Source: Holosporales bacterium
Lineage (GTDB): Bacteria; Pseudomonadota; Alphaproteobacteria; RUG11792
DNA length: 59,788 bases
Assembly (NCBI GenBank): GCA_031270735.1
Contig: JAISWU010000034.1
Coordinates: 1 to 59,788 of the forward strand
Direction of reading: 5' to 3'
This document shows, piece by piece, positions 28,569 to 41,747 of this stretch. The notes below the pieces were generated by a model. It was not told where the DNA came from. It searched no databases and was given only the letters and a program-made list of their open reading frames with translations. How positions within the stretch are numbered: position 1 is the stretch's first letter; every line of letters starts with the position of its first letter. The position numbers and the translations under genes are program-made.

Positions 28569-31062
28569 GGATATCTTGTTCATGGGGAGAACCAACCCAT
28601 ATCTTCCTTCTTTCATGTGCGCGCCTAGCCGCCGTCTCATCGATCGGCGTCTTTTTAACCTCAGCCGTTATCTGCTTTGCGCTCTTGAGCTGCAGATCGA
28701 CCTGCTCAATTTTTCTGGTCAGTTCTTTGCTTACAGTGAAGTAGCTGCGCATCGTTGCAATCCTAGTGGAAACACCTATATACAGATTCACACCTGCGGT
28801 ATTAGAGAGTTCTCGCTTGCTTAGCTTGTGCGCGAATTCTTTAGGAGCTGAGAAGTCCTTTGCTGTCGTCATGCATGCTTCGACTGTTTCCATTGTTACT
28901 TCCCCTTCTGGTAACGTGGGATATTTGGCAACAACCTTCTGTACGTCACGCGGCATACTGCTCTTGTTATTTGCTACTTTCCTCTTCAGTTCATTATAGA
29001 GCCGAGCTGCGTTCTGTGTAGCCAGATTTAGTGCCTGAGTGAGATATATTTTTCGCAGTGCTCTTCTAAGTAGCGCAGCAGTCACATAGTTGTATTGTCC
29101 CCCTGCCCGCAGTGCTCTTATCGCATCCAGATGAGTCACCGTGGCGTTACCTATAGCTTTTGCGCACTTCCTAGTGATACTGGAGCTGGCGCCGTGGGCT
29201 TTCATGTGCACTGCCAATTCTTTGCCAAGTTGTTCTCCAGGCACAGTGAGGTCCTGGGATATCAATTCCCGATATCTTGCCACATCATCTGCAAGCGGGT
29301 TATTCCTTCTGAATAGCACTGCCAGCGTGGGCTCTCCTCTCATTGCGGCCGCCACGCAATATGGTTTCTCAGGCTGTTCTGCTATCACTACTCGAGTTGC
29401 GAGCGCATCCTGCGTAGATCTTGGGGTCACTCTCGTTACAGATCTGTTATGATCCTCGTCCCTTATATATTGTCCTGCCTCCACGACGCGCGCCCAGCTC
29501 CAACGTCTGATCGCTGCAGCTTCCTCCTTATCAACTGGCGTTAGCTCGTGTGTTGGCACTATCTCGGTGTTAGGTGTTTTACTATCTGTCAGCGGTATGT
29601 ACACGTCTGCACTGCTTTCCATTACCACCTTCTTCAGTAGATCTGGTGGGAGTTTGCTTGAGACATCGGCCATCCTTCCTCCGACATGTCTCATCACAGT
29701 AATCGTTTCTGCGACTTGCGCCTGCATCCGCCTGACTGTACCAGCAGCAAATGGTTGTTTCTTGTACTGTTCTCCGTACTGTTCCAGCGTTAGTTTCCAT
29801 GCTGACTGTATGAGCTCTTTCACTGGCCTGCCTGGTGTGAGCGTATCCAGCCATATAACATTTGCCATGAGTGCCTGCAGCACGCGTCCCTCTGTCATCG
29901 GCGCCTTGCCTAGGTAATAACGAGCTATCGCCTTGGGGTCATGTCTCCAGTGTATTGGGAATGCCAGCGATGTGTCGGGGTTCCCAGTATATATCTTGGC
30001 CATCCTCTGTCCCATACCATATGCTCGGTAAAAATTGCGCTCCATGCTCCGCAAGTCTGCTCCTTCCAATGGTGTTTTCCCTGCCGCGATTCTACGTTCA
30101 TTGTATACTTGCAACATCCTAGACACTAGTTTGTCATGGCTTATTTTAGCGCGTTCGTCAAATAGGTCCCGATACGTGTTAACTCCCATAATGACATTCA
30201 TGCGCACGTTCGGACCATATATAGGATCGTTCACTTGTATCACTGGACTCACGCTACTCGTCGGGTTCTCGCTCATTCGCTTGGCCGCATCAAATCCCTG
30301 AATTATGTATTGGCAGAACATTTTGCCGATGCTGTGCGCCGAGGACGATTTCGCCAGTGCGTCTAGCAGCGGTTTAGGATCCAGCTCCTTGATTTGTCGC
30401 GGGTTGTATAGAAAGACTCCCCACAGTACTGCGAACTCCGCTACCCTCCTTAGTATGAGTGGATGTACTCTATGCCCCTCCCTTGCCAGTGCCTCCTTCA
30501 CGGTGGTGTACAAACTCTCCATGAGTTGCACTCTCGCCGTTATCTCTTCTTGTGTCTCAGGGTGCCACTCTCTGCCTGCGGTCTTGATCATTCTAGGGCA
30601 TAAATTTTCTGCAGGATTATTAGCTACAGGTGGCGCCCCGATTACGACCCGCTTTGCTGGTGCGTCGTGACCTGATGGTGGGGTTGATGATAGCGACGAG
30701 TACTTCTGCATCTGCTGGATGACGTGCTCTACCGTTCGTAGGAGCTGCTTCTCATGTGGAGACGTCCCGATATTCGACGTGTATACATTTGGAATTTCAT
30801 GCCCTCGCTCACTGTGGGTCCACCATTGTAGAAGCTGCTTGACCGGAGGCTCCCCCTTATCTGGTGGTGAGATTTTCTTTGCTGGAGGACCAACCTTCAT
30901 ACTCTTGGAGTGCGCAGAAGGACCTGAGCCACCGGATTGCGCAGTGGGAGATGTTAGCACTGCTGTTGTTAAGGTTAATGCCATTATTGGTAAGGGCCCC
31001 GTATACCATTTTGCGCCCTTGCGTCTACGCTTTGCATCTATCGTTGACCTTGTTTTTTTCAT
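28558..31062 (-). CDS. Large orphan protein (about 834 aa), function unknown
   Basis: The ORF is uninterrupted. The ATG at 31062 lies 9 nt after a strong SD (AAAGGAGGAAG), and a GTG sits one codon upstream. The N-terminus is basic, with one hydrophobic segment and a P/K-rich stretch. The stop overlaps the asd start. I recognised no domain. Confidence 0.7.
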   Translation of the reverse strand: MKKTRSTIDAKRRRKGAKWYTGPLPIMALTLTTAVLTSPTAQSGGSGPSAHSKSMKVGPPAKKISPPDKGEPPVKQLLQWWTHSERGHEIPNVYTSNIGTSPHEKQLLRTVEHVIQQMQKYSSLSSTPPSGHDAPAKRVVIGAPPVANNPAENLCPRMIKTAGREWHPETQEEITARVQLMESLYTTVKEALAREGHRVHPLILRRVAEFAVLWGVFLYNPRQIKELDPKPLLDALAKSSSAHSIGKMFCQYIIQGFDAAKRMSENPTSSVSPVIQVNDPIYGPNVRMNVIMGVNTYRDLFDERAKISHDKLVSRMLQVYNERRIAAGKTPLEGADLRSMERNFYRAYGMGQRMAKIYTGNPDTSLAFPIHWRHDPKAIARYYLGKAPMTEGRVLQALMANVIWLDTLTPGRPVKELIQSAWKLTLEQYGEQYKKQPFAAGTVRRMQAQVAETITVMRHVGGRMADVSSKLPPDLLKKVVMESSADVYIPLTDSKTPNTEIVPTHELTPVDKEEAAAIRRWSWARVVEAGQYIRDEDHNRSVTRVTPRSTQDALATRVVIAEQPEKPYCVAAAMRGEPTLAVLFRRNNPLADDVARYRELISQDLTVPGEQLGKELAVHMKAHGASSSITRKCAKAIGNATVTHLDAIRALRAGGQYNYVTAALLRRALRKIYLTQALNLATQNAARLYNELKRKVANNKSSMPRDVQKVVAKYPTLPEGEVTMETVEACMTTAKDFSAPKEFAHKLSKRELSNTAGVNLYIGVSTRIATMRSYFTVSKELTRKIEQVDLQLKSAKQITAEVKKTPIDETAARRAHERRKIWVGSPHEQDIHEQ

Positions 31063-31348
31063 CACTCACTTCCTCCTTTGTCACGCCAGCCGGCATGTAT
31101 TACGGGACCTGACTACTTGGTGCCTTTTGGACATTTCTATTTAAATATTACCACTAATGCATATTGATTACAAGACCGCCGTGCCTGCGCTCTACTATTC
31201 AATACTCTTGCAGTAGCTAGCCATCTGATGTATTCCTCTACATATCTTATGGCGCTACTTCAATCTATCTACGAAGAGCTGTTGCAGAGTCGGCATTGGC
31301 GCGTCATCATAGAATTCTGGCATGACGTATCCTTGGGTATCAATCCCA

Positions 31349-32764
31349 TCATAATGTTGTAGCAGTAACGACAATGAACGAAAGCCATATTGCCATGATA
31401 AACGCAGCGAGCACCAGTCCGCATGAGGCCCATCTCTTTGTCGAGATGTATCCAGACGAGAACATCAACACTGACACTGGGGACGTGTAGTGTGTGAGGA
31501 CGTTGGACATGGAACTGAATACGGCCAATGTCATTGCAACGGCAATCTTGTCTATTCCAAGTCCAAAGCCAGTTACTAGGAATGAGGCATAGAGTGCTAC
31601 AATCCTGCTACTTTCTCCGCTGAAAAAATAGTGGGAGAAGAAGTATATTATGGCAAGGACGGAGAATGATGGCCATTTCCCGAGACCATCGACTACTCCA
31701 GTGATCGTGCCTGTGAACCAATCTATTACACCAGAGCCAATCAGGTTATTCACGAACGATATTAGGATTCCGAGCGTTATGACAGAATTGAATGTGCTGC
31801 TGCAAGATAAAATATCTTTCGGCGTCACGATGCCAGTCACTAAGAATATGGAGATGCCGATTAGAGTTGTGATCATAATTGGAACACCAATGCTATCGGA
31901 AAACACCCACATACTCAGCATCAATCCGAAGACTGCTATTATGAATTTTTCCCTGTCTGTGATGGCCCCGAGGCTGGCGTAATTTGCAACTGCCTGCTTC
32001 TGGATGACACTTAGATCACGTACCTTTGGGTTGCAGGTAAACCTAACCACAAACGGTAACAGTAGCAAAAGTATGACGCACGGAAGTACGGTGAACTTGA
32101 ACCATGTTATCCAAGTGATGCCGAGATTCGCGTTTGCCATTATGTCTAAGATCAGTGCATTCGATACCATGCCGGTTGCAAAGGTAGCACTGCATATAGC
32201 CGAACATGCCGAGTACAGTATGATCATGTAACTCCCGATGCGCTTCTCGGATATACCCTTTATGCTTTCAGAGACGTACCTCGCGATTGACGTGACAAGT
32301 GGGAAGCCGATACTTGCTGCACGGGCAGTACTACTCGGCATTGCCGGAGCGATCAGAAATTCGGTAAGGATGATGCTGTATGATATCCCAGTCAGATTTT
32401 TCCCGAACAACTTCATGAACAGGTACGCAATCCTTAGCCCCAAGGAAGACTTCGTAATTACACTTGAGATGGAGAGAACGCAGAACAGCAGCCACGGAAT
32501 CGTATTTGCAAAGCCGGTGAAGCTAGACTTAACATCCATCGTGGAGGTTAGATTTGCAAAGATGAGGCCCATAAATAGGGTAGCCAGAGAATCGCAAACC
32601 TCCAGCATGAGTCCACTCATCATCGCAATGAATATGATGGCAGTGTGATACCCAGTAACTCCAAGGCCACTTGGTGGTTCGACGAACCACCAACAGGCGG
32701 ACGCGATGCATAGTATTGCAGAAAATGGCGCCCATCTAATTTTGAGTCCACTAAGCACATTCAA
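31349..32764 (-). CDS. DASS-family anion:cation symporter (2-oxoglutarate/malate translocator-like)
   Basis: The 471-aa polytopic protein has 'APAMPSSTARAASIGFPLV', which resembles the DASS/SodiT 'PSSTARAGG' motif. A TTG start is inferred. Confidence 0.65.
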   Translation of the reverse strand: MNVLSGLKIRWAPFSAILCIASACWWFVEPPSGLGVTGYHTAIIFIAMMSGLMLEVCDSLATLFMGLIFANLTSTMDVKSSFTGFANTIPWLLFCVLSISSVITKSSLGLRIAYLFMKLFGKNLTGISYSIILTEFLIAPAMPSSTARAASIGFPLVTSIARYVSESIKGISEKRIGSYMIILYSACSAICSATFATGMVSNALILDIMANANLGITWITWFKFTVLPCVILLLLLPFVVRFTCNPKVRDLSVIQKQAVANYASLGAITDREKFIIAVFGLMLSMWVFSDSIGVPIMITTLIGISIFLVTGIVTPKDILSCSSTFNSVITLGILISFVNNLIGSGVIDWFTGTITGVVDGLGKWPSFSVLAIIYFFSHYFFSGESSRIVALYASFLVTGFGLGIDKIAVAMTLAVFSSMSNVLTHYTSPVSVLMFSSGYISTKRWASCGLVLAAFIMAIWLSFIVVTATTL

Positions 32765-32842
32765 AAATTTAACTATAATATCCTCCTAATGTTTCCCGTC
32801 ACTACCATCTGTCCAGGATAGTGTAATGTGTCTTAAAAGCAA

Positions 32843-33373
32843 CTATTTTATGTGTAAGTCTCTGCTTGTCAGTGCGTCGAGCATACCCTGAAGTATGAGG
32901 CTTGCGGCGATCTTATCGACACACGTCCTCTTAGTCTTCTTGGATGTACGGACCTCGCTTAGCAATGTATTAGCTTCAACAGAGCTGTATCTCTCGTCCC
33001 ATGTAATGATCTGGATGGTTTGTTCTGCAAATTTCTGAGTCACCAGGCACGCTAACTTGTCGACGAACTTCTCGACCTTCTCACGCTGCTTGCCAGCGTT
33101 GCCACCATTGAGAGCGTGTGGCATACCGACGACAACGAGACCAACTGAGTACCCGTCGATGATGCTCAGGATCTCCTGGAAACAACCGTGGCTATTGATG
33201 ACCTTGAGTGGTGATGCAATCTGCCAGTCAATGTCTGACACGGCTGTGCCGATTCGTTTGTCTCCATAGTCGAGACACAAGGCCCTCGCGCTTCCCCTGT
33301 ATCCCGAGACATCAAGATTACGGACGGTAGTAGCGTCATCAAGCAACTTCTGCTTCCTTGCCGTGTTGCGCAT
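32843..33373 (-). CDS. ruvX: Putative pre-16S rRNA nuclease / Holliday junction resolvase-like YqgF (RuvX)
   Basis: '[16 protein letters not shown]', '[11 protein letters not shown]', '[10 protein letters not shown]' and '[15 protein letters not shown]' match RuvX. The annotated start overlaps the rpoC 3' end by 35 nt, so the true start may be internal. Confidence 0.8.
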   Translation of the reverse strand: MRNTARKQKLLDDATTVRNLDVSGYRGSARALCLDYGDKRIGTAVSDIDWQIASPLKVINSHGCFQEILSIIDGYSVGLVVVGMPHALNGGNAGKQREKVEKFVDKLACLVTQKFAEQTIQIITWDERYSSVEANTLLSEVRTSKKTKRTCVDKIAASLILQGMLDALTSRDLHIK

Positions 33374-36300
33374 TCTTCTCAGCCTTCCATTCCCGTATTA
33401 ATCCTCCGGTACCTGCCGGCATCAAGCGCCCTACTATCACGTTCTCCTTAAGTCCTATTAACTCATCTACCCTGCCACATATTGCGGCCTCTGTAAGCAC
33501 ACGGGTTGTCTCCTGGAACGATGCGGCCGATATGAAGGACTTAGTGTGCAGCGCTGCCTTTGTGATTCCCTGAAGGATGTGCACCACGACGATCGGTCTC
33601 TTCCCCTCACTTAATAGTTGGCTGTTGACGCTGGATAGATCAGCCTTGTCTATCTCATCGCCAGCGATATACGGTGCATCACCAGCATCCTTAATCTCGC
33701 GTTTCTGCAACATCTGTCGTACTATAACTTCGATATGTTTGTCGTTTATCGATACCCCTTGGAGCCTATACACCTTCTGTACCTCATTAACGAGGTACAC
33801 CGCCATCTCCTCGACGCCAAGCACTCTCAGGACATTCTGCAGCATCACTCCACCATCTACCAGAACATCCCCTTTCCTAACATAGTCACCATCATGGACT
33901 ATGATAGATCTACCTTTAGGCACAAGGTACTCAACTGGAGACTGGTTGGTGGATGGATCAGGAACCACGATAATCCTCCGCCTCATCTGCATCTCTTTCC
34001 CAAACTCAATGACTCCGTCTACCTCAGCAATTACTGCTGGATCCTTTGGTATCCTCGCCTCGAATAGTTCTGAGATCCTTGGGAGACCTCCAGTGATGTC
34101 TCTAGTCTTCACGACGTCCTTCGGAATCTTTGCAATAATGTCGCCAGCCTTCACGGCGCCGCCATTCTCTACATTGATAACCGAGTCTATCGATAGGAAG
34201 TATTTGGCCTCAGCTTTGTTCGCCAGGATCAGGGGCTTCCCATCTTCACCGACTATCGTAATCATTGGCCTGAAGTTTGTCGTAGTAGCCGATTGCTTCC
34301 AGTCAACAACCACCTTGCTTGAAATGCCGGTGGTCTCATCCATGACCTCTCTCAGCGACTGGCCATCTACCAAATCCACGAACTTTGCAAATCCGGTAGT
34401 TTCGCAGACTACCGGTGTTGTGTAAGGATCCCATTCAGCCAATGGTTGCCCAGCTTTCACAGATTCTCCTGCAACAACCTTCAGCCTAGCCCCGTATGGA
34501 ATCTTGTATGACATCCTTTCCCTACCGTTGTTGTCAACAAGGGCGATCTCAGCCTTCCTAGATGTAACCACGGTATTGCCGGAGCTGTTGACGGCTGACG
34601 TCATATTCTTAAATGCAGCCTTGGCATCCATCGAGGATTCAACGCTTGACTGCTCTGCACTCTTCTGAGCAGCTCCACCTATATGGAACGTTCTCAGAGT
34701 AAGCTGTGTTCCTGGCTCCCCGATGGACTGAGCCGCGATAACACCGACGGCTTCGTGCACGCTAACGATAGTACCTCTGGCAAGATCTCGTCCATAGCAC
34801 TTTGCACATATCCCGCGCTTACTCTCACACGTTATCGTAGACCGTACATATACCTCATCGATTCCGGCCTCTACAATATCCTCAACCTTGTACTCATCTA
34901 TGAAGCTGCCCTTCGGTACTATCAAAGCCCCATTGTTAGGATTGACAACATCGCTTGCTGCGAACCTACCTAGTATCCTCTCCTTGAGGGCGATGACAAC
35001 GCTAGCTCCGTCATACACAGGACGCATCCATATACCAGCCGAAGTTCCACAATCTTCCTCTGATACGATGCAGTCGTTCGCAACATCCACAAGCCTCCGT
35101 GTGAGGTATCCAGAGTTTGCAGTCTTCAAGGCTGTGTCGATCAATCCCTTACGGCTTCCGTGGGTCGATGTGAAGTATTCCAGAACCGACAAGCCCTCCT
35201 TGAAGTTGGAGACGATCGGAGTCTCGATAATCTCACCAGTTGGTTTCGCCATCAATCCCCTCATACCGGCTGACTGCTTCAGCTGCGCCATCGAACCTCT
35301 GGCCTTCGAGTGAACCATCATGTACACGGAGTTCGGCTGCCTGCCCTTCTCGGTATGTGCTACCGCCTTCATGAGTACTTCCGCCACTCGGTCTCCACAC
35401 TTGTCCCATGCATCGACGACCTTGTTGTACTTCTCACCGTGCGTGATAAATCCATCGAGGTACTGCTGTTCGAACTCACAGACTATCTTCTCGGTCTCTT
35501 TGACAAGCATCTCCTTCTCAGGTGGAATAACAAGATCATCCTTCCCATATGAGATCCCAGCAATCGACATGTACTTGAACCCCATCGCCATCAGGCGATC
35601 TGCGAAGATTGCGGTTTCCTTCGGTCCGCAGTGGAAACATATCTCGTCGATCAAAGCGCTTATGTCTGACAGAGTCATAACCTTATTCACCGCGTCGAAT
35701 TTGATATTGTGGTGATGTGGGAGAATCTGGCCCATGATGACGCGACCAGGGGTTGTCTCAACGATCCGGTACTCGCCGTCTCCATCCTCATTATAGTAGG
35801 CCATCCTGGTTTTAATCTTCGTGTGGTATGTGAGTATCTTGTTCTCGAGTGCGTGCATCACCTCACTCAAGTTCGCAACACAGAAGCCTTCGTTTGGAAG
35901 TCCTTCAACCAACATTGTGAGGTAGTAGATTCCTAGGACTATGTCTTTTGATGGGACGATGATGGGCTTGCCATTGGATGGGCTAAGGATGTTGTTTGTG
36001 GACAGCATCAGTATCCTTGCCTCAAGTTGAGCCTCGATAGATAGGGGAACGTGAACAGCCATCTGGTCTCCGTCGAAGTCAGCATTGAATGCCGTACATA
36101 CGAGTGGGTGTAGCTGAATTGCCTTCCCTTCAATCAGGATTGGTTCGAACGCCTGGATGCTAAGTCTGTGAAGTGTCGGGGCCCTGTTGAGAAGGACAGG
36201 GTGCTCCCGCATGACCTCCTCCAGTATATCCCACACCTCTGGACGATCACGGTCCATCATTCGCCGTGCTGACTTCAGGGTGCTGGCTAATCCGTACTGC

Positions 36301-37469
36301 TCTAGCTTCGCGTAGATGAATGGTCTGAATAGCTCAAGCGCCATCTTCTTCGGTATGCCACACTGATGAAGCTTCAGCTCTGGACCTACAACAATAACAG
36401 AGCGGCCCGAGTAATCAACACGCTTGCCAAGGAGGTTCTGCCTGAAGCGACCCTGCTTCCCTTTCAACATATCTGCTAGAGATTTGAGGGGACGCTTGTT
36501 GGAGCCAATGATTGCCTTTGCTCCTCTGCGCTTGTTATCGAATAGAGCGTCGACCGACTCCTGCAGCATCCTCTTCTCATTGCGAATAATGATGTCTGGA
36601 GCGCAGAGCTCTATGAGACGCTTCAGCCTGTTGTTCCTGTTGATGACTCTCCTGTATAGATCATTCAGGTCACTCGTCGCAAACCTTCCACCCTCTAGCG
36701 GCACGAGTGGTCTCAATTCGGGAGGAAGCACCGGAAGCACCGTGAGCACTAGATGTTCCGGCTTAGCCTTTGTATCGACGAATGCCTGCAGTATCTTCAG
36801 GCGCTTCACAATCTTCTTCTTCCTGATGTCGACGACACCAGCTTCAAGCTCTGCCTTCTGCCTTTCGATTTCGGTCTTAAGATCGAGAGAGGACAGCATG
36901 TCCCTCACCGCCTCTGCTCCTATGCTTGCTGTGAACGCGCCCTCTCCATACATGTCAAGGGCATCCTGATACTCCTCCTCTGATATTGTTTGGAACTGTG
37001 TGAATGGGGTAAGCCCAGCATCCAGGACAACGTACCGTTCAAAGTACAGGATCTTCTCAAGCTCCTTGAGACTGATATCCAGTATCATCGAAATACGGCT
37101 TGGAATCGACCTCATGAACCATACATGAACAACTGGAGCGGCGAGCTCGATATGCCCCATCCTCTCTCGCCTGACACTACTCGTCGTAATCTCAACTCCG
37201 CACTTTTCACAGACGATGCCCTTGTACTTCATGCGCTTATACCGCCCGCAATTACATTCGTAGTCTTTGATGGGGCCGAAGATCCTTGCGCAGAACAGCC
37301 CGTCTCTCTCAGGCTTGAACGTGCGATAGTTTATGGTCTCAGGCTTCTTAACCTCACCATATGACCACGAGCGAATCTCCTCTGGACTAGCGATTGATAT
37401 TCTGATCGAATCGAAATCTCCGGCAATCCCAGATTTGTTAACTACTGGTGCAGCGTTTTTGAAACTCAT
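33339..37469 (-). CDS. rpoC: DNA-directed RNA polymerase subunit beta'
   Basis: The 1376-aa ORF has '[14 protein letters not shown]' and the Zn finger '[22 protein letters not shown]'. It follows rpoB. Confidence 0.98.
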   Translation of the reverse strand: MSFKNAAPVVNKSGIAGDFDSIRISIASPEEIRSWSYGEVKKPETINYRTFKPERDGLFCARIFGPIKDYECNCGRYKRMKYKGIVCEKCGVEITTSSVRRERMGHIELAAPVVHVWFMRSIPSRISMILDISLKELEKILYFERYVVLDAGLTPFTQFQTISEEEYQDALDMYGEGAFTASIGAEAVRDMLSSLDLKTEIERQKAELEAGVVDIRKKKIVKRLKILQAFVDTKAKPEHLVLTVLPVLPPELRPLVPLEGGRFATSDLNDLYRRVINRNNRLKRLIELCAPDIIIRNEKRMLQESVDALFDNKRRGAKAIIGSNKRPLKSLADMLKGKQGRFRQNLLGKRVDYSGRSVIVVGPELKLHQCGIPKKMALELFRPFIYAKLEQYGLASTLKSARRMMDRDRPEVWDILEEVMREHPVLLNRAPTLHRLSIQAFEPILIEGKAIQLHPLVCTAFNADFDGDQMAVHVPLSIEAQLEARILMLSTNNILSPSNGKPIIVPSKDIVLGIYYLTMLVEGLPNEGFCVANLSEVMHALENKILTYHTKIKTRMAYYNEDGDGEYRIVETTPGRVIMGQILPHHHNIKFDAVNKVMTLSDISALIDEICFHCGPKETAIFADRLMAMGFKYMSIAGISYGKDDLVIPPEKEMLVKETEKIVCEFEQQYLDGFITHGEKYNKVVDAWDKCGDRVAEVLMKAVAHTEKGRQPNSVYMMVHSKARGSMAQLKQSAGMRGLMAKPTGEIIETPIVSNFKEGLSVLEYFTSTHGSRKGLIDTALKTANSGYLTRRLVDVANDCIVSEEDCGTSAGIWMRPVYDGASVVIALKERILGRFAASDVVNPNNGALIVPKGSFIDEYKVEDIVEAGIDEVYVRSTITCESKRGICAKCYGRDLARGTIVSVHEAVGVIAAQSIGEPGTQLTLRTFHIGGAAQKSAEQSSVESSMDAKAAFKNMTSAVNSSGNTVVTSRKAEIALVDNNGRERMSYKIPYGARLKVVAGESVKAGQPLAEWDPYTTPVVCETTGFAKFVDLVDGQSLREVMDETTGISSKVVVDWKQSATTTNFRPMITIVGEDGKPLILANKAEAKYFLSIDSVINVENGGAVKAGDIIAKIPKDVVKTRDITGGLPRISELFEARIPKDPAVIAEVDGVIEFGKEMQMRRRIIVVPDPSTNQSPVEYLVPKGRSIIVHDGDYVRKGDVLVDGGVMLQNVLRVLGVEEMAVYLVNEVQKVYRLQGVSINDKHIEVIVRQMLQKREIKDAGDAPYIAGDEIDKADLSSVNSQLLSEGKRPIVVVHILQGITKAALHTKSFISAASFQETTRVLTEAAICGRVDELIGLKENVIVGRLMPAGTGGLIREWKAEKNAQHGKEAEVA

Positions 37470-37480
37470 ATATGCAACTC

Positions 37481-40400
37481 CTATACACTCTCTTCCAGAG
37501 AATCCTTGTTGTTCTCGAATGACATGTTTAGACCGAGGGCATTCAACTCCTTGACAAGGACGTTGAACGACTCCGGTGTTTGTGGACTCACCTCATTTTC
37601 TCTACTGACGATCGACTCATAGACAGCGGTCCTGCCTCGTACATCATCCGACTTTACGGTGAGCATCTCCCTCAAGATATGAGATGCCCCATATCCCTCG
37701 AGGGCCCACACCTCCATCTCTCCAAAGCGCTGTCCACCGAACTGCGCCTTACCACCAAGAGGCTGCTGGGTGATAAGGCTATACGGACCAACCGACCTCG
37801 CGTGAATCTTATCATCAACGAGGTGGTGTAGCTTCAGCATGTACTTGTAGCCCACCGTCACCGGTCTGTCGAATGGCTCACCGGTGTACCCATCATACAA
37901 AGTAACCTGTCCTGATTTTGCGAGCCCTGCTCTTTCAAGATTGTTCTCAATGTCAGTCAGCTTCGCTCCATCAAACACAGGACTTGCCACTGGTACTCCT
38001 TTGGATAGGTTGTCGGCAAGCTCTATAAACTCATCATCATTAAGCTCCTTAATATCGTCAGTATCCGCCTTATCATAGTAGATGCTGACTACCTTGTCTC
38101 TCACATCTCCGAGAGTTGCGGCGTTCGCTCTGTACTCATCAAGAGCCTTTTGGATCTGGGCTCCAAGTCCGTGTGCAGCAGCCCCAAGGTGAGTTTCGAG
38201 GATCTGTCCAACGTTCATTCTCGATGGTAGCCCAAGCGGATTCAAAACAATATCGACAGGGGTACCATCTGCAAGGTATGGCATGTCCTCCACCGGTACT
38301 ATCTTCGAGACAACCCCCTTGTTTCCGTGGCGGCCGGCCATCTTGTCACCTGGCTGAATCTTCCTCTTATTCGCAACGAACACCTTGACGAGCTTCAGTA
38401 CACCAGCTGGCAGGTCATCACCCTTCCTGAGCTTGTTCACACTGTCGTTGAAAGAATTCTGTAGCCTCTCTATCTTGTCCTCAAACTGCTTCACCATGTT
38501 ACTAATGAATTGCTGCGCTTTTGCTCCCTTGACAGAAATCTTCATCAGCTGGTAGAGCGACAATCCCTCGACCATAGATTCCTTTACGGTGGTCCCCTCA
38601 TCATAGTCCATAAACTTCGCTGCGAGCTTCTGGCCGATAACCTTACTGCAAATTTGCCTATGGTACGTCTGCTCCAAAATCTTCTGCTCTGCATCTCGGT
38701 CCCTTGCAAGCTCATCTATCGACTGCATCTCGATTGCAATCGCCCTCTCATCCTTCTCGACGCCGCGCCTCATTCGTACCTGAACGTCAACAACAGTACC
38801 AGATACCCCCGGTGGGACTTTAAATGATGTCCCCTTAACGTCAGCGGCCTTCTCCCCGAATATCGCCCTCAACAACTTCTCCTCAGGTGTCATCGGGGTC
38901 TCACCTTTAGGCGTTATCTTCCCAACCAAGATGTCACCTGGCTTGACCTCGGAGCCGATGTAGACAATCCCTGATTCATCCAGATTCCTCAATGACTCCT
39001 CGGCGATGTTTGGGATATCTCTTGTAAACTCTTCATTCCCAAGCTTCGTATCTCGAGCCGTCACCTCGAAGCTCTCTATGTGGATCGACGTTAGCATGTC
39101 ATCACGTACCACATTCTCTGAGAGGATGATGGAGTCTTCGAAGCTATATCCGCGCCACGACATGAACGCCACAAGTAGGTTGCGCCCCAGTGCCAATTCG
39201 CCATTCTCAGTTGACGGTCCATCGGCTATGACGTCGCCACTACTTATGATATCCCCGGGCTGCACTATTGGCTTCTGATTGATACACGTTCCCATGTTCG
39301 AGCACATAAACTTCGAGAGTGTGTACACGTCTGCGCCGGCATCCTCTTCGTCAGTTACCCTAATCACAATCCGCTTCGCATCGACATAATCTACAATCCC
39401 TCCACGCTTGGCAACGATCGCAGCCCCCGAATCTCTCGCGACAACCTCCTCCATTCCGGTACCTACCAGTGGAGCCTCTGGAATGACGAGCGGCACGGCC
39501 TGCCGTTGCATATTGGCTCCCATCAATGCGCGGCTGGCATCGTCGTTCTCTAGGAACGGGATGAGTGCGGCAGCAACTGACACGGCCTGTCTCGGCGAGA
39601 CATCTGCGTACGATATCTCTGACCTTGGCCTCAGTCCGATATCGCCCATACGCCTTGATACCACAAGGTCATCAACTATGCTGCCATCCTCAGTTACCGT
39701 AACCCCAGCCTGAGCAATTGTGTACTTCCATTCCTCAGTTGCTGTGAGGTAGACTACATCGCTTGTGATCTTACCATCTACGACCTTCCTGTATGGGGCC
39801 TCGATGAATCCGTACTTATTAATCTTGGCATAAGAGGCTAGCGAGTTGATAAGCCCAATGTTCTGTCCCTCAGGAGTCTCGATTGGACACAACCTCGAGT
39901 AGTGGGTTGGATGGACGTCACGGACCTCGAAGCCGGCACGCTCTCTGGAAAGTCCACCAGGCCCAAGTGCGGACAATCTCCTCTTGTGTGTTATCTCCGA
40001 CAGTGGGTTCGTCTGATCCATGAACTGCGATAACTGTGACAGCAGAAAGAAGTCTCTGATGGCTGATATGAGTGGTTTGGCATTTATAAGGTCACTCGGA
40101 ACATAATTATCTATTTCAGCGATAATTACTTTCTCGCGTATAGTCCGCTCCATACGGAGCATGCCGATTCTGCATTGATTCTCAATCAGCTCGCCGACCG
40201 ACCGTACCCTTCTGTTCCCGAGGTTATCGATATCGTCAGCGTCCTCCTTGCCATCCTTAACAGCAAATAGTAACTTTACGATTCTGAGTAGATCATCCTT
40301 CTGCAGGGTACGTACCTCATCGGGAGTATCTATCCCGAGCCTGTCGTTGATCTTTGCCCTCCCGACTGCTGATAAATCGTAGCGCTCTGAATCATGGAGA

Positions 40401-41659
40401 ATGCCATACAGTAAATCTTTTCCACCCGATACGGACGGTACCTCTCCTGGTATTAGCGCCCTGTACAATTCCAGCAGCGCTTCTGATCTGTTGTTACACC
40501 GCGAATGCGCAAACGTATTGAGTATGTACGGGCCAGATGTAGTCATATCGACAAACAGGATATCTATTTTTTTGGTGTTAAGTGTTTCGAACTTCTTGAG
40601 GGTCAGATCCGTGATCTTCTCACCAGCCTCAAAATATATCTCTCCGGTCTGCTCATTGATTGTGTCCCTCGCTATGTAGCGATCGATCATATCGCTCTCC
40701 GGAACGAACACATTCTTCAAATCATTCGCTTCCAGGATATCAAGTACCCTCGCTGTGAGCCTGTCCCCAGCCTTAGCCACTACCTGCATCGTAGCAGCAT
40801 CAATGATGTCTTTCTCCAGCTTCGTTCCACCGAAATGCTTCCTGTTGAAGGGACACGACCAACCGCCCTTAACTTTCTTGTACTCCACCGCCTCGTGGAA
40901 GGTGTTTAGGATCTCTTCCTTCGACATACCAGTCAGATATCCTTCCGGCAGAGTTTCACCCTTCTTAAGCTTTTTCCTGTACTGCTCCGTCTCGCTGCTC
41001 TCAAGACACATCAGGAATGTAGATGCCAGTACCTTCCTCCTCCTATCGATCCTGACATACAGGACATCTCTGTAATCAAACTCAAAGTCTATCCATGACC
41101 CTCTGTATGGAATGACCCTGGCAGCGAATAGGTACTTCCCAGATGAGTGAGTCTTACCGTGATCGTGATCGATGAATACCCCAGGGCTTCTGTGCATCTG
41201 CGACACTACGACCCTCTCGACTCCGTTGAATATGAAGGTACCTCGATCAGTCATGAGCGGTATATCACCAAGGTACACGTCTTGTTCCTTGATGTCCTTA
41301 ATCGTACGAGAGCCAGTTGAAAAGTCCACGTCCCACACAACCAAGCGAAATTTTCCCCTTAATGAAGCTGCGTACGTACCGCCTCTCTGGCGGCATTCTG
41401 CCTCCGTATACTTCGGTTCTTCAAATGTGTATTCACAAAATTCGAGCTGAGACTTCCCCTCGGGATCTTTGACGGGGAAGAATGAATTGAACGCGCTGAG
41501 GAGACCGGTGTTCTGCATCTCCCTAGGAGGAACACCGTACTGCAGGAATGCATCGAATGAATTCTTCTGGAGCGCTATGAGATCCGGTAGCTCGGCTTTT
41601 TCTTTGATCTTGCCGAAGAACCTGCGGATACGCTTGCGACCTGTATATGACCTTGCCAT
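37481..41659 (-). CDS. rpoB: DNA-directed RNA polymerase subunit beta
   Basis: The 1392-aa ORF has '[17 protein letters not shown]' and '[14 protein letters not shown]'. It follows rplL. Confidence 0.98.
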   Translation of the reverse strand: MARSYTGRKRIRRFFGKIKEKAELPDLIALQKNSFDAFLQYGVPPREMQNTGLLSAFNSFFPVKDPEGKSQLEFCEYTFEEPKYTEAECRQRGGTYAASLRGKFRLVVWDVDFSTGSRTIKDIKEQDVYLGDIPLMTDRGTFIFNGVERVVVSQMHRSPGVFIDHDHGKTHSSGKYLFAARVIPYRGSWIDFEFDYRDVLYVRIDRRRKVLASTFLMCLESSETEQYRKKLKKGETLPEGYLTGMSKEEILNTFHEAVEYKKVKGGWSCPFNRKHFGGTKLEKDIIDAATMQVVAKAGDRLTARVLDILEANDLKNVFVPESDMIDRYIARDTINEQTGEIYFEAGEKITDLTLKKFETLNTKKIDILFVDMTTSGPYILNTFAHSRCNNRSEALLELYRALIPGEVPSVSGGKDLLYGILHDSERYDLSAVGRAKINDRLGIDTPDEVRTLQKDDLLRIVKLLFAVKDGKEDADDIDNLGNRRVRSVGELIENQCRIGMLRMERTIREKVIIAEIDNYVPSDLINAKPLISAIRDFFLLSQLSQFMDQTNPLSEITHKRRLSALGPGGLSRERAGFEVRDVHPTHYSRLCPIETPEGQNIGLINSLASYAKINKYGFIEAPYRKVVDGKITSDVVYLTATEEWKYTIAQAGVTVTEDGSIVDDLVVSRRMGDIGLRPRSEISYADVSPRQAVSVAAALIPFLENDDASRALMGANMQRQAVPLVIPEAPLVGTGMEEVVARDSGAAIVAKRGGIVDYVDAKRIVIRVTDEEDAGADVYTLSKFMCSNMGTCINQKPIVQPGDIISSGDVIADGPSTENGELALGRNLLVAFMSWRGYSFEDSIILSENVVRDDMLTSIHIESFEVTARDTKLGNEEFTRDIPNIAEESLRNLDESGIVYIGSEVKPGDILVGKITPKGETPMTPEEKLLRAIFGEKAADVKGTSFKVPPGVSGTVVDVQVRMRRGVEKDERAIAIEMQSIDELARDRDAEQKILEQTYHRQICSKVIGQKLAAKFMDYDEGTTVKESMVEGLSLYQLMKISVKGAKAQQFISNMVKQFEDKIERLQNSFNDSVNKLRKGDDLPAGVLKLVKVFVANKRKIQPGDKMAGRHGNKGVVSKIVPVEDMPYLADGTPVDIVLNPLGLPSRMNVGQILETHLGAAAHGLGAQIQKALDEYRANAATLGDVRDKVVSIYYDKADTDDIKELNDDEFIELADNLSKGVPVASPVFDGAKLTDIENNLERAGLAKSGQVTLYDGYTGEPFDRPVTVGYKYMLKLHHLVDDKIHARSVGPYSLITQQPLGGKAQFGGQRFGEMEVWALEGYGASHILREMLTVKSDDVRGRTAVYESIVSRENEVSPQTPESFNVLVKELNALGLNMSFENNKDSLEESV

Positions 41660-41747
41660 ACTGAACCTTCTCTATAACAACCACACCAAACGATTGAGAG
41701 GAGAGCAGCCGTAAGTGACCGTCCTCCTCATTCAGCTCACGTACCTG

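Noticed and set aside
41660-41747. A possible attenuator or terminator between rplL and rpoB (GAGGAG...CTCCTC stem).
   Set aside because: The stem is only 6 bp with a ~20-nt loop and no U-tract, which is not convincing from sequence alone.
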